Positions 1 through 9,293 are shown, counted from the stretch's first letter. The stretch: 64,000 bases of DNA from an uncultured Clostridia bacterium (GCA_947643225.1 CANRVH010000001.1:6868-70867), one strand, 5' to 3'. The notes: a model not told the origin generated them from the letters alone. A program made the numbers and translations.

Positions 1-2
1 AT

Positions 3-287
3 TCCGATTTTAGAGAAGAAGTTAAGAATGTCAATATTAAAACTCCTGATATTTTTAGTTTTAATTTTTATGGAGATGATGCAAAATGGGAGACTATAGT
101 TAATTTTGTTGTAAATCATAGAGATTGTGAAAGTATAGAAATTTTAACCCATTGTGGTTATGTAGATGAGGACACAAAACAAAAAACTTCTTATATACTA
201 CGCGAAGTTGAGCTTATAGAACTAAGAAAATTAAAAAAACATTCATTTTACAAAGAGTATAAATTAAGTAAATTCAGCAATCTATAG
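3..287 (+). CDS. 3' fragment of an unknown CDS; the 5' end lies outside the window. It is probably cargo of the mobile element.
   Basis: Frame 3 is open from the window edge to TAG at 285-287 (…THCGYVDEDTKQKTSYILREVELIELRKLKKHSFYKEYKLSKFSNL*). No start codon falls in the window. It is in the same orientation as the downstream element genes. Confidence 0.3.
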   Translation, partial: SDFREEVKNVNIKTPDIFSFNFYGDDAKWETIVNFVVNHRDCESIEILTHCGYVDEDTKQKTSYILREVELIELRKLKKHSFYKEYKLSKFSNL

Positions 288-319
288 TAGTTTGTTTATA
301 AACGAATGGCGGTGATTCA

Positions 320-1294
320 ATGAAAAATAATATGCTTATATATATATCAAAAGATGGTAATGTAAAAGTAGATGTTAATATACAAAATGAAGATATATGG
401 ATGAGTCAAGATGTAATGGCTAATCTTTATGATACAACGAAACAAAATATTAGTTATCATTTAAATAATATATTTAAGGAAGAAGAACTTAATAAAGATT
501 CAGTTGTCAAAGATTTCTTGACAACTGCTAGTGATGGTAAAAACTATAATGTTTTGCACTATAATTTAGATGCAATTATAGCTGTTGGATATAGAATTAA
601 CTCTAAAAAGGCAACTGAATTTAGAATTTGGGCGACAAAAGTTTTAAAAGAATATATGATTAAAGGTTTTTCCTTAAATGATGAAAGATTAAAAAATAAT
701 GGAGAAAATCCATACTTTGAAGAATTACTTGATAGAATACGTGATATTAGATCTTCAGAAAAAATATTTTGGAGAAAAGTATTAGATATTTATGCAACTT
801 CAATTGATTACAATCCAAAAGATAAACTATCAATAGATTTTTTCAAAACCGTGCAGAATAAAATGCATTATGCTACCCATGGCAACACAGCAGCCGAGGT
901 AATATTTACACGAGTTGATTCTAATAAAGAAAATTTAGGGCTCACTAATTTTAAAGGTGCTTATCCAACAAAAAGTGAAACTGAAATTGCAAAAAACTAT
1001 TTAACAGAAGAAGAACTTAATACTTTAAACAGAATGGTGTCTGCTTATTTAGATGTTGCAGAAATTAATGCACTAGATAGACATCCTATGACAATGAAAG
1101 ATTGGGTTAATGAGTTAGATACATTTTTAAAGATGACAAGAAAAGATATTTTAAAAGATAATGGGAAAATGTCACATGAAGAAGCATTGAAGAAAGCTCA
1201 TGAAGAATATGATAAATATATTCGGACTCACTTAACAACTGCAGAACAAGATTATCTTGATGTATTAAACAAAGAAGTAGAAGAATTAAGGTGA
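320..1294 (+). CDS. RhuM-family (COG3943-like) protein
   Basis: 324 aa. The N-terminus IYISKDGNVKVDVNIQNEDIWMSQDVMANLYDTTKQNISYHLNNIFKEEEL and the GYRINSKKATEFRIWATKVLKEYMIKGF motif match the conserved core of RhuM-family proteins. The RBS is ggcggtg upstream. Confidence 0.8.
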   Translation: MKNNMLIYISKDGNVKVDVNIQNEDIWMSQDVMANLYDTTKQNISYHLNNIFKEEELNKDSVVKDFLTTASDGKNYNVLHYNLDAIIAVGYRINSKKATEFRIWATKVLKEYMIKGFSLNDERLKNNGENPYFEELLDRIRDIRSSEKIFWRKVLDIYATSIDYNPKDKLSIDFFKTVQNKMHYATHGNTAAEVIFTRVDSNKENLGLTNFKGAYPTKSETEIAKNYLTEEELNTLNRMVSAYLDVAEINALDRHPMTMKDWVNELDTFLKMTRKDILKDNGKMSHEEALKKAHEEYDKYIRTHLTTAEQDYLDVLNKEVEELR

Positions 1295-1298
1295 TATT

Positions 1299-1925
1299 AT
1301 GGCTAAATTTTCAAATTTACTAGTAATGCTTGAATTACTAAATACTGGTAGAAAATATAGTGTTAAAGAATTATCATCAGCTTTAGAGGTATCAGAAAGA
1401 GTAATTAGAGAATATAAATTATTTTTAGAAGAAGCTGGAATTTTTGTAGATACAATACGAGGTCCCTATGGTGGTTATATTTTAAGAAAAAATATTACTA
1501 TTCCTCCTCTTTTAATAGATAATAATGATATAAATATAATAAAACAAGTTATTAAAAATACTACTAATAATAAATTAAAGTCTAGTTTGAAAAATATTGA
1601 AAATAAAATAACAAAAAACTTATTAGAATTGGAAAATAACAATACTTCGTTTATAAACACAGAAGAAGAGTTAAAAGTATATAATGCTCTAAATAAAGCA
1701 ATAAAATATAATTATAAAGTAAAAATTAAGTACACTAATTTACAACACGGAGAATCGGTTAGGACTATCTATCCACTGGGAATGTATCTTTTTCAAAACG
1801 AATGGTGGTGTTCATCTTATTGGGAAGAAAAAGACGATATGAGACAATTTCATATTAAAAGAATTTTGGAGTGTAAAATCCTAGATTCAACATTTAATCC
1901 TAAAAAAATAAATATAAAATTTTAG
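1299..1925 (+). CDS. HTH-WYL domain transcriptional regulator (YafY/BrxR-like)
   Basis: The N-terminal HTH (LLNTGRKYSVKELSSALEVSERVIREYKLFLEEAGIFVDTIRGPYGGYIL) is typical of HTH_11/DeoR-N. The C-terminus has a WYL-like segment (VRTIYPLGMYLFQNEWWCSSYWEEKDDMRQFHIKRI). It starts 4 nt after the RhuM stop, so it is probably translationally coupled. Confidence 0.7.
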   Translation: MAKFSNLLVMLELLNTGRKYSVKELSSALEVSERVIREYKLFLEEAGIFVDTIRGPYGGYILRKNITIPPLLIDNNDINIIKQVIKNTTNNKLKSSLKNIENKITKNLLELENNNTSFINTEEELKVYNALNKAIKYNYKVKIKYTNLQHGESVRTIYPLGMYLFQNEWWCSSYWEEKDDMRQFHIKRILECKILDSTFNPKKINIKF

Positions 1926-1979
1926 TACAGACCAAATACCGCCTATATAAGTGGTATTTTATTTATGGGAGGGAGAAAA

Positions 1980-2450
1980 ATGTCAAACGAGAAAGAAATA
2001 AAACATTATATAGAAGTGTTTTATAATTATAACCCAGATAGGGGTACTCAAGAGGATTTTACTTATTCGCATATTGTCACGAATAGAGATCCTTTATTAT
2101 ATATGGAAAGATTTCATGGTGCTAAAGGATTTAGGTTTTTTGATGTTGATGTTTCTGATAATTCATTGAATAAAGAAAAAAGAACAAATATAAGCCCTAT
2201 GTATTATTATGGAAGGTATATGGCAGAACAAGAAATAGAGCAAGTTCATAATGTAATGCCGTTTACAATTAATATTACAAAAATGATTTATTGCTATTGT
2301 GGATGCTTGGTTACTGATTTGAATGAAGGAGATATGACATTAGAAACTTATGCAAACTTAGTAAATAATGAAGAACCTAATTTTGAAAGTAAGCAATTAC
2401 TAAAAATGTCCGTTGCATGTCCTAAAAAATGTGCTAAAATGGTAATATAG
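1980..2450 (+). CDS. hypothetical protein with Cys motifs (CYCGC…CPKKC)
   Basis: ORF in the same operon as the RhuM and WYL genes. ATG at 1980 with a GGGAGGGAG RBS is preferred over the ATG at 1965. No recognisable family. An intrinsic terminator follows it. Confidence 0.5.
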   Translation: MSNEKEIKHYIEVFYNYNPDRGTQEDFTYSHIVTNRDPLLYMERFHGAKGFRFFDVDVSDNSLNKEKRTNISPMYYYGRYMAEQEIEQVHNVMPFTINITKMIYCYCGCLVTDLNEGDMTLETYANLVNNEEPNFESKQLLKMSVACPKKCAKMVI

Positions 2451-2473
2451 GATAATTAGAAGAAGGACTGAGT

Positions 2474-2504
2474 TTGGAGAGATTTTATCTCTCTTTTTTG
2501 CGTT
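2474..2504 (+). terminator. rho-independent terminator after the RhuM-WYL-unknown operon
   Basis: GGAGAGATTTTATCTCTC hairpin followed by TTTTTTG. Confidence 0.7.
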
Positions 2505-2689
2505 CTTTTTTAATTATTCTATCAGAAAGGAGCGTGAAATATGAATGAAATATATTTAAACTGTCGGAGACTATAATGGGTCTTAGGGATTTCTCCCTAA
2601 CAAGAAAAGGGTGTGATAGCACCATGCTTGATAGTTTGAAATTATACTATGTGTCATAAGATGGAGATGATAATCTGAAAAACAAATGG

Positions 2690-3208
2690 ATGTATAGAAA
2701 TGATGTAGAAAGAAATTTAGGTGTATCAAGGAAACAATTAAATCATGCTATTAAAGTAATGGAAAAATATCATTATTTTGAAAATTGGATTTGGTATAAA
2801 TTAGGGCCAACTGATTTAATTGTTTTATTTAATTTAGAATTTGTTGATTGGTTAAAAGATGTATATTTTAATAAAGATGGATTTTTCTTAGACAGAGAAA
2901 TCCATTTTTTAAATGAAAAAATTAAAGATTTAGAAAATGAATTAGGTATTTCTCATTACGAGAAAAATTATCCATATCTAAATGTAAAAGAACTACAAGA
3001 ATACTTTGATAAAAGTAATAGCTCTATTTTAAAGGCAATTGAAAGAATGAATAGAAAAATTGATTGTAAATGCTATAAAGATGGAAAATTATATATTACT
3101 CCTACTGGAGTAAAATGGTTAGATCAAAACTATTATAGAAAATCATACCTTAAAGAGTTGTTAAATTATAAAAAAATACTAAATGAAAAGGAGAATAAAA
3201 ATGACTAA
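2690..3208 (+). CDS. hypothetical protein, possibly DNA-binding (element cargo)
   Basis: 172-aa ORF. The C-terminal segment VKELQEYFDKSNSSILKAIERMNRK looks HTH-like. No confident family assignment. Confidence 0.4.
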   Translation: MYRNDVERNLGVSRKQLNHAIKVMEKYHYFENWIWYKLGPTDLIVLFNLEFVDWLKDVYFNKDGFFLDREIHFLNEKIKDLENELGISHYEKNYPYLNVKELQEYFDKSNSSILKAIERMNRKIDCKCYKDGKLYITPTGVKWLDQNYYRKSYLKELLNYKKILNEKENKND

Positions 3209-3593
3209 AGTTGATAGAAGAAAGAAAATAAATATCATGTTAAATGATGAAGAAAGAAGAATAATTACAGAAAAAGCAGTTGAATATGGATTTGGTCCAC
3301 ATCTTGCTACCTATGTTAGAAGTGCTTGTATTTATGAATCTTTATATAAAGAAGATATAGAAGGTAAAAATGAAATAATTAAAATAATGAGTGATTATAT
3401 TAGTGTTGTTAATAGAATACAATATGAGCAATCACAGTTAACTAAAAAAATTATGTTAAGTGAAGGAGATATACACATGATTAAAGATAATAATACTCTT
3501 CTTCATAATGAAATAAGAAAGCTAATTAAGACAATTGAAAATACATTAACAGTTAAACGTGTAAAAGAAACTAAGCAGAAACTAAATAAATAG
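3201..3593 (+). CDS. MobC-like ribbon-helix-helix protein (mobilisation accessory type)
   Basis: RRKKINIMLNDEERRIITEKAVEYGFGPHLATYVRSACI resembles the MobC/RHH family core (R…I.VRLT.EE…L…A…G.S.S.Y.R). ATG 3201 with an AAAGGAG RBS. It overlaps the upstream ORF. Confidence 0.5.
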   Translation: MTKVDRRKKINIMLNDEERRIITEKAVEYGFGPHLATYVRSACIYESLYKEDIEGKNEIIKIMSDYISVVNRIQYEQSQLTKKIMLSEGDIHMIKDNNTLLHNEIRKLIKTIENTLTVKRVKETKQKLNK

Positions 3594-3659
3594 CTTCTGC
3601 TTTTTCTTAAAGTATTATTTTACAATTTTTCTCATAGTTTTAAATAAAGGAGATGAGTT

Positions 3660-3857
3660 ATGGATTCTAATGATATTATGAGAAGTAAAGAAGTAAAATA
3701 TAAGAATAAAGAAATACTTTTAGAAGTGGCTCTTTCCTTAAATAAAGAGTTATTTGATGAAAATAAAATTTCATATAAAATGTTTAAATATACAGAAGAA
3801 AATATTTTAAAAGAATTAAAAATTTGTAATGTAAGTGGTGCAAATGCTAATACATGA
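3660..3857 (+). CDS. small hypothetical protein immediately upstream of the serine recombinase; could be a recombination directionality factor
   Basis: 65-aa ORF with an AAGGAG RBS. The proposed role rests on position only. Confidence 0.25.
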   Translation: MDSNDIMRSKEVKYKNKEILLEVALSLNKELFDENKISYKMFKYTEENILKELKICNVSGANANT

Positions 3858-3897
3858 AAATAATATGGTATAATGCTATTAGAAAGGAGAAGAAGAG

Positions 3898-5607
3898 TTG
3901 GATTTATATACTGTTCGAAAGCAGTTAAATATGGGAATGCCACTTACAAGTATAAAATTAAGAGTAACAGATTATGCAAGAGTATCAACAGATCATTTAG
4001 AACAAAAAAAATCTCTTCAAAATCAAGTGGAACATTTTGAACAATATATAAAAGAAAATCCAAATTGGACTTATACACCTGGTTATGTAGATGATGGAAT
4101 AACTGGTACAAGTGATGTTAAAAGAGATAACTTTATGAAAATGATTGAAGATGCTAGAGGTGGTAAATTTGATTTAATAGTTACCAAAGAAATTTCTAGA
4201 TTTTCAAGAAATACTCTTGATAGTATTAAATATACAAGAGAACTTTTATCGTATGGAGTGGCTGTTTTATTTGTAAATGATAATATTAATACTGCCCTAC
4301 CTGATTCAGAACTAAGACTTACTATTATGGCTTCCATGGCACAAGATGAAATAAGAAGATTATCAGAACGTGTTAAATTTGGTATGAATCGTGCAATAGA
4401 ACGCGGAGAAATATTAGGGAATGATTTACTTTATGGTTATAAAAAAGATAAAGATACTGGAGTATTAAATATTATAGAGGAAGAAGCAAAAGTTGTTAGA
4501 AGAATTTATGAACTATATACAGTTGAAGAATTAACACTTTCTAAAATAGTTAAAACTTTAAATAGCGAAGGATTAAAAACTTGTCAAGGTAAGAAATGGT
4601 GTATATCTACAATTTCACGGATGATTGAAAATCCTAAATATAAAGGATATTATTGTGCAAGAAAATCTGAAATAGTAGATTATATGACTAAAAAGATAAA
4701 ATACTTTGAAAAAGATGATTGGGTTATTTATGAGGATAAAACAAGAATACCACCAATAATTGATGAGGATTTATGGGATAGAGCTAATAATCGTTTAATA
4801 ACAAGAAAAAAAGCATTTAGCGAACGAAAAGAGGATAAAAGTATTTATAAAAATAGATACTTATATAGTGCTAAAATATTTTGTGCTGAACACAATACAG
4901 TTTTTCATAGAAGAGAATTTAGAAAAAATAAAAAAGATATTACTTGGGTTTGTTCCGAATATTTAAAAAATGGTAAATCTAATTGTGATTCACCAAATAT
5001 TAGAGAATCTGAACTAGATTCAATTTTTAAAGATTTAATTTCTAAACTTCAAATTGATTCTAACCAAGTAGTTGAAACTCTTATGAATTATTACAAACAT
5101 TTAGAAATTGATACTGGTATAGATGAAGAAATAAGTTTGAGAGAAAAAGAAATAAATAATCTTTATGCTAAAAAAGATAAATTATTAGAACTTAGTTTAC
5201 AAGGTAGTTTATCAAATACTGAATTTTATGAAAGGAATAGTTCTTTTAATGAAAAAATTAAAGTTCTTGATAATGAACTTAATAAGTTAAAAAGTCAAAA
5301 AGATGAACTAAAAGGAACAACAGATAAAACTAAAGAACTTGCTGAAATCTTAAAACAAAAAGTTAATTCTAAATCTACAATAGATAAAATAATTAGTTCT
5401 TTACTAGAGCGTATTGTTGTATCTAAAATATGTAATGATAAAAACAATATGGAATTAAATATATTTTTATCTTACAAGGAGAATGACGAAACAAAAAAAC
5501 TACAACCTATTTTAAGAAGTAGTTATGAATTTAAAAGAGGATATGACACACAAGGAACTAAAAGATATAAGGTCAATTATCAAGTGAATTGTTATTTTTG
5601 TCTATAA
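3898..5607 (+). CDS. large serine recombinase (resolvase/invertase catalytic domain, recombinase domain and C-terminal coiled-coil)
   Basis: YARVSTDHLEQ carries the catalytic Ser. The resolvase core reads DDGITGT…FDLIVTKEISRFSRNTLD and a recombinase domain follows. At 569 aa it is typical of integrative-element integrases. TTG at 3898 with a GAAAGGAG RBS, or ATG at 3931, could be the start. A TGGTATAAT extended -10 lies at about 3866. Confidence 0.85.
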   Translation: MDLYTVRKQLNMGMPLTSIKLRVTDYARVSTDHLEQKKSLQNQVEHFEQYIKENPNWTYTPGYVDDGITGTSDVKRDNFMKMIEDARGGKFDLIVTKEISRFSRNTLDSIKYTRELLSYGVAVLFVNDNINTALPDSELRLTIMASMAQDEIRRLSERVKFGMNRAIERGEILGNDLLYGYKKDKDTGVLNIIEEEAKVVRRIYELYTVEELTLSKIVKTLNSEGLKTCQGKKWCISTISRMIENPKYKGYYCARKSEIVDYMTKKIKYFEKDDWVIYEDKTRIPPIIDEDLWDRANNRLITRKKAFSERKEDKSIYKNRYLYSAKIFCAEHNTVFHRREFRKNKKDITWVCSEYLKNGKSNCDSPNIRESELDSIFKDLISKLQIDSNQVVETLMNYYKHLEIDTGIDEEISLREKEINNLYAKKDKLLELSLQGSLSNTEFYERNSSFNEKIKVLDNELNKLKSQKDELKGTTDKTKELAEILKQKVNSKSTIDKIISSLLERIVVSKICNDKNNMELNIFLSYKENDETKKLQPILRSSYEFKRGYDTQGTKRYKVNYQVNCYFCL

Positions 5608-5637
5608 GTTAGACATATAATTTTTCACTTGGCGACT

Positions 5638-6252
5638 TCATTTTCGCGCACTTTGTTCAAATAGACATACAAAGTCACCAGTACCACCAATAAATGCACT
5701 ACTCATAGCAGCAAAACTAACAGAAGTATCAATATTAACATCTTTTTTTGGATTAAGACCAGCTTCACGAATTGCCCATTCAAGAGTCATTTCAGGCATA
5801 CCTCCAGCACGACCACCAATAATTGTTTTCCCCTTTAGATCTTCCAGTTTAAAATTATCAATTTTCTTTCTAGAAACAATAAAATTACCATCTTTTTGAG
5901 TAAGTTGAGCGAATGTTTTTAAATAATCTTTTTCCCCGCTATTATAAATATAAATAGTTGCTTCACTTCCAGAAAAACCAATATCAGCATCTCCTGCTAA
6001 AACAGCAGCAGTAACTTTATCAGCTCCAGGTGTTAAACTCAAATTAATATCAATTCCCTCGTCCCTAAAAAATCCTTTTTCAATAGCAACATATTGAGGT
6101 GCATAAAAAATTGTATGTGCAACCTCAGCTACAGTAATCTTTTTTAATTTTTCCTTTTTATCCTTTTTTTGATCATTAAAATTAAAGAATATAGCACAAA
6201 TAGCTAATAATAAAATAATAATACTAACTACATATAAAATAATTTTTTTCAA
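5638..6252 (-). CDS. NMT1/THI5 (SsuA-like) ABC-transporter substrate-binding protein, apparently truncated at the C-terminus (204 aa versus about 320 aa typical)
   Basis: Signal/anchor MKKIILYVVSIIILLLAICAIFF, then the SsuA-like fold motifs (ITVAEVAHTIFYAPQYVAIEKGFFRDEGIDINL…GDADIGFSG). The ORF stops 30 nt from the recombinase stop. Confidence 0.55.
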   Translation of the reverse strand: MKKIILYVVSIIILLLAICAIFFNFNDQKKDKKEKLKKITVAEVAHTIFYAPQYVAIEKGFFRDEGIDINLSLTPGADKVTAAVLAGDADIGFSGSEATIYIYNSGEKDYLKTFAQLTQKDGNFIVSRKKIDNFKLEDLKGKTIIGGRAGGMPEMTLEWAIREAGLNPKKDVNIDTSVSFAAMSSAFIGGTGDFVCLFEQSARK

Positions 6253-6322
6253 AATAGTCCTCCTTTCTATTTCAAAGTATTATATGCAAAAGAATAAAGA
6301 TGTGATATAAAGGCATTACTAC

Positions 6323-6351
6323 TTGCCAAATAAAAAGAAATATGCTATAAT
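6323..6351 (+). promoter_or_regulatory. sigma-70-type promoter (TTGCCA-N17-TATAAT) for the adhesin gene
   Basis: Read directly: ttgccaaataaaaagaaatatgctataat. Confidence 0.5.
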
Positions 6352-6384
6352 AAGAGACATTAAATTCGATAGGGGGATAATAGA

Positions 6385-7656
6385 ATGAAAAATAATAAAA
6401 TAACAAAAACAATGTTAGTATTACTAATTACAATTACATCATTTTTTACAACAATGAGTAATGCCTTTGCTGAAGTGCCAAATAAAATTAATGTGACATC
6501 AACACCAGCTGTCAAAGGATATATTGGAGAAAAAGTAAACTTTGGAACAAAATCATTAAATGATGGTAGTGTTGCATACTGTTTAGATTACAATAAGTTA
6601 ACTCCAGATCATGCTATTGGAACATTAGCAGGTGAAATGGATGCAGGAATGGCCTATTTAATTGAAAATGGTTATCCACATAAAACCATAACAGGAGATA
6701 AAGCAAAAGATTATTATATTACACAAGTAGCAATTTGGTGGTATTTAGATGAAACAACAGGATCAACAAACTTAACTAATGAATTTAAAACAACAGATAG
6801 TGATCCACAAAATTTAAGACCAACCATAAAAAAGCTAGTAGATAATGCCAAAATAGTTAAAAATAAAGGATACAAAAATCCAAGTCTATCAGCAACAATC
6901 ACAAATAGAAAATTAACGATCTCAACAGATAAAAAATATTATATTTCAGACGAGATAAAAGTAAATTTAACAGATTTAGAAAGTTATACAGTTTCATTAA
7001 CAACCGCACCTGAAGGAAGTTATATAGCAGATGGAAAAGGAAATAAGAAAACAACTTTCCAAAAAGGAGAAACATTTAAAGTTTATGTCAAACAAACTGA
7101 TCAAAAAATTAAAAAAAGTGATATTAAGATAAAAATTAGTGGAACAACAACAATAAATAAAGTATACAAGTATAATCCAGAAAATGATGTAGAGCAAAGA
7201 ATATTAACTGCAGTTCTTTATCCAACAACAATAAAAAAAGAACAAGATCTATCTTTGACAATCTCACCATCAAAAGTAACAATTAATAAAATTGATGCAG
7301 AAACAAAAAAAGCCTTAGCAGGGGCAGTTCTTGTAGTAAAAGACAAAGCTGGAAATATTGTTGCAGAATTTACAACAAGTGAAGAATCTTATATTATTGA
7401 AGACTTAAGTAATGGAGAATACGAAGTATCAGAAAAAAGTGCTCCCGAAGGATATATCTTAAGCGAAAAAACATATCAATTTACGATTGATGATGATAAC
7501 AGAAATCACACAGTCATATTTGAAAATTATAAAGAAATATATGTTCCAGATACAAACTCTAATAGCACAATAATGTATATACTAGGTACAATCATAATGG
7601 TATCAGGTATCTCATTTGTAATCTACAATGCTAAGAAAAAACAAATTAATAAATAA
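6385..7656 (+). CDS. thioester-domain (TED) surface adhesin with a CnaB/SpaA-type domain and a non-canonical sortase sorting signal
   Basis: Signal peptide present. The TED Cys motif AYCLDYNK and Gln motif YITQVAIWWY are both there. A CnaB-type domain reads AGAVLVVKDKAGN…EYEVSEKSAPEGY. The C-terminus is IYVPDTNSNST followed by a hydrophobic helix and a KKKQ tail. Confidence 0.75.
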   Translation: MKNNKITKTMLVLLITITSFFTTMSNAFAEVPNKINVTSTPAVKGYIGEKVNFGTKSLNDGSVAYCLDYNKLTPDHAIGTLAGEMDAGMAYLIENGYPHKTITGDKAKDYYITQVAIWWYLDETTGSTNLTNEFKTTDSDPQNLRPTIKKLVDNAKIVKNKGYKNPSLSATITNRKLTISTDKKYYISDEIKVNLTDLESYTVSLTTAPEGSYIADGKGNKKTTFQKGETFKVYVKQTDQKIKKSDIKIKISGTTTINKVYKYNPENDVEQRILTAVLYPTTIKKEQDLSLTISPSKVTINKIDAETKKALAGAVLVVKDKAGNIVAEFTTSEESYIIEDLSNGEYEVSEKSAPEGYILSEKTYQFTIDDDNRNHTVIFENYKEIYVPDTNSNSTIMYILGTIIMVSGISFVIYNAKKKQINK

Positions 7657-8299
7657 AAAGAAACATGAAGTAAGTTCTAATACGATTGCCATGATATCAA
7701 GTATTGTCATTTTATTAGGACTCTTCATTTTTTCTTATAATTATACTAAATCTAAAAAAATATTAGCCTATGAACAAATGAATAACATCTTTTATGAAGA
7801 TCATTCAAAGACAGAAAAGAAAGAAAATAAAAAACAACAAAAAGAAGAAAAAATACAAGAACAAGAGGAGAAAAAGGAAATCATCACAAATGATTACATA
7901 GGCTATTTAGAGATACCAAAAATAAAGTTAAAAAAAGGGTTTGTTAGTAAAAAATCAAGTGATAATGATGTGGAAAAAAATATCTTTATAGTAGAACAAT
8001 CTACCTATCCTGATAAAGAAAAAGGTAACTTCATTATTGCCGCACATTCAGGAACTGGCTGGAAAGCTTTCTTTAATGATTTATATCAATTAGAACAAGG
8101 TAATGAGATTTATGTTACTTATAAAAATAAAAAATATACCTATAAAATAGCAGATATTTATAAGCAGAAAAAAACAGGAACTATCGCTATATATAGAGAT
8201 TATAATAAAACAACATTAACATTAGTAACCTGCACAAACAATGATGATACATCACAGACAGTTTATATTGCTTATTTAGAAAAAATAGAAAATTTATAG
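7628..8299 (+). CDS. class B-type sortase
   Basis: N-terminal TM helix, the His motif IIAAHSG and the catalytic TLVTCT motif. It overlaps the end of the adhesin gene. An ATG at 7691 is an alternative start. Confidence 0.8.
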   Translation: MLRKNKLINKKKHEVSSNTIAMISSIVILLGLFIFSYNYTKSKKILAYEQMNNIFYEDHSKTEKKENKKQQKEEKIQEQEEKKEIITNDYIGYLEIPKIKLKKGFVSKKSSDNDVEKNIFIVEQSTYPDKEKGNFIIAAHSGTGWKAFFNDLYQLEQGNEIYVTYKNKKYTYKIADIYKQKKTGTIAIYRDYNKTTLTLVTCTNNDDTSQTVYIAYLEKIENL

Positions 8300-8315
8300 A
8301 AGGGGGGAATAAAAA

Positions 8316-9293
8316 ATGATGAATGAATTATCTCTAATAGAAAAATTTAAAGTTGTCTTTGATATTACCAAATCAAATATCGTTTATCCAATTATTATAA
8401 TTTTTTTACTAATTATCAGCTTTCTATTTATAACAACAAATAAAAATAATGCCAAAGAAAGTAAAAAAGTTTATGGAAGCCTATATGCTATTTTAATGAT
8501 AATAATTTTAATTAAATATGCGACTTCATTAAAAACAATGATAGACTATATGATGAATCATTTATTTATTGTTTTTTACTTTCCCAATATTGCCGTTTAT
8601 TTAACAGCAATCCTCATCACAAATATCATCATGTGGATCAGTATGTTTAAATCATCTACTAAAACTATAATAAAAATAATCAATGCAACAATATTTTCTA
8701 TAATTCATTACATCTTACTTTTAATCCTTGGAATCATTACAACAAAAAAGATAGACGTCTTTAATCAAAAAGCACTATATGCTAATCACGATATTCATGC
8801 TTTAATTGAATTAAGCAGTAATATTTTTATAATATGGATGATCTTTCTTATCCTTTACAAAATAATTTATACTTATCTTGAAAGCAAAAAAGGACAAAAA
8901 ATCTATGATAACCAATTACTTGCAATAGAACAAGTCCAAAAAGTAGAAAAAGAAGGAACTGTAACAATTAATCTTCCAAAAAACATTAAAGAAGTAAGAG
9001 CACCATATCTAGTAAAAAGAGAAATGTCTAAAACAAGAATTGTTTATCAATTACCAAAACAAATGGAAAATACAGCTATTTATGAACAAATGTTGACTTT
9101 AGATGATTATAAATTATTAGTTTCCCTATTAAAAGAAGAAAAAGAAAAAGGGGTAAAAACAATCTTAAATAATCAGAAACACACGATAAACAAAGAAAAA
9201 ACAGAAGAAGAAAGGTTGACCCAAAAAAACAAACAGTCCCAACCAGAAAGTGGACTATCAGAATTGATGAGATTATATAAAAGTACAAGCTAA
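8316..9293 (+). CDS. polytopic membrane protein, function unknown
   Basis: Several hydrophobic helices and a charged C-terminal tail. A G6 run lies in the RBS (aggggggaat). Confidence 0.5.
   Translation: MMNELSLIEKFKVVFDITKSNIVYPIIIIFLLIISFLFITTNKNNAKESKKVYGSLYAILMIIILIKYATSLKTMIDYMMNHLFIVFYFPNIAVYLTAILITNIIMWISMFKSSTKTIIKIINATIFSIIHYILLLILGIITTKKIDVFNQKALYANHDIHALIELSSNIFIIWMIFLILYKIIYTYLESKKGQKIYDNQLLAIEQVQKVEKEGTVTINLPKNIKEVRAPYLVKREMSKTRIVYQLPKQMENTAIYEQMLTLDDYKLLVSLLKEEKEKGVKTILNNQKHTINKEKTEEERLTQKNKQSQPESGLSELMRLYKSTS

Noticed and set aside
2540-2690. Inverted repeats (GGAGA…TCTCC; GGGTCTTAGGGA) between the terminator at 2504 and the ORF at 2690, a possible small RNA or leader
   Set aside because: The stems are short and not followed by a T-run, and no conserved riboswitch motif is seen. 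Evidence is insufficient from sequence alone.
8301-8308. G6 runs inside ribosome-binding sites (8302-8307 and 18596-18601) as possible phase-variable tracts
   Set aside because: Six G is below the length that usually gives appreciable slippage. They are more simply explained as extended Shine-Dalgarno sequences.
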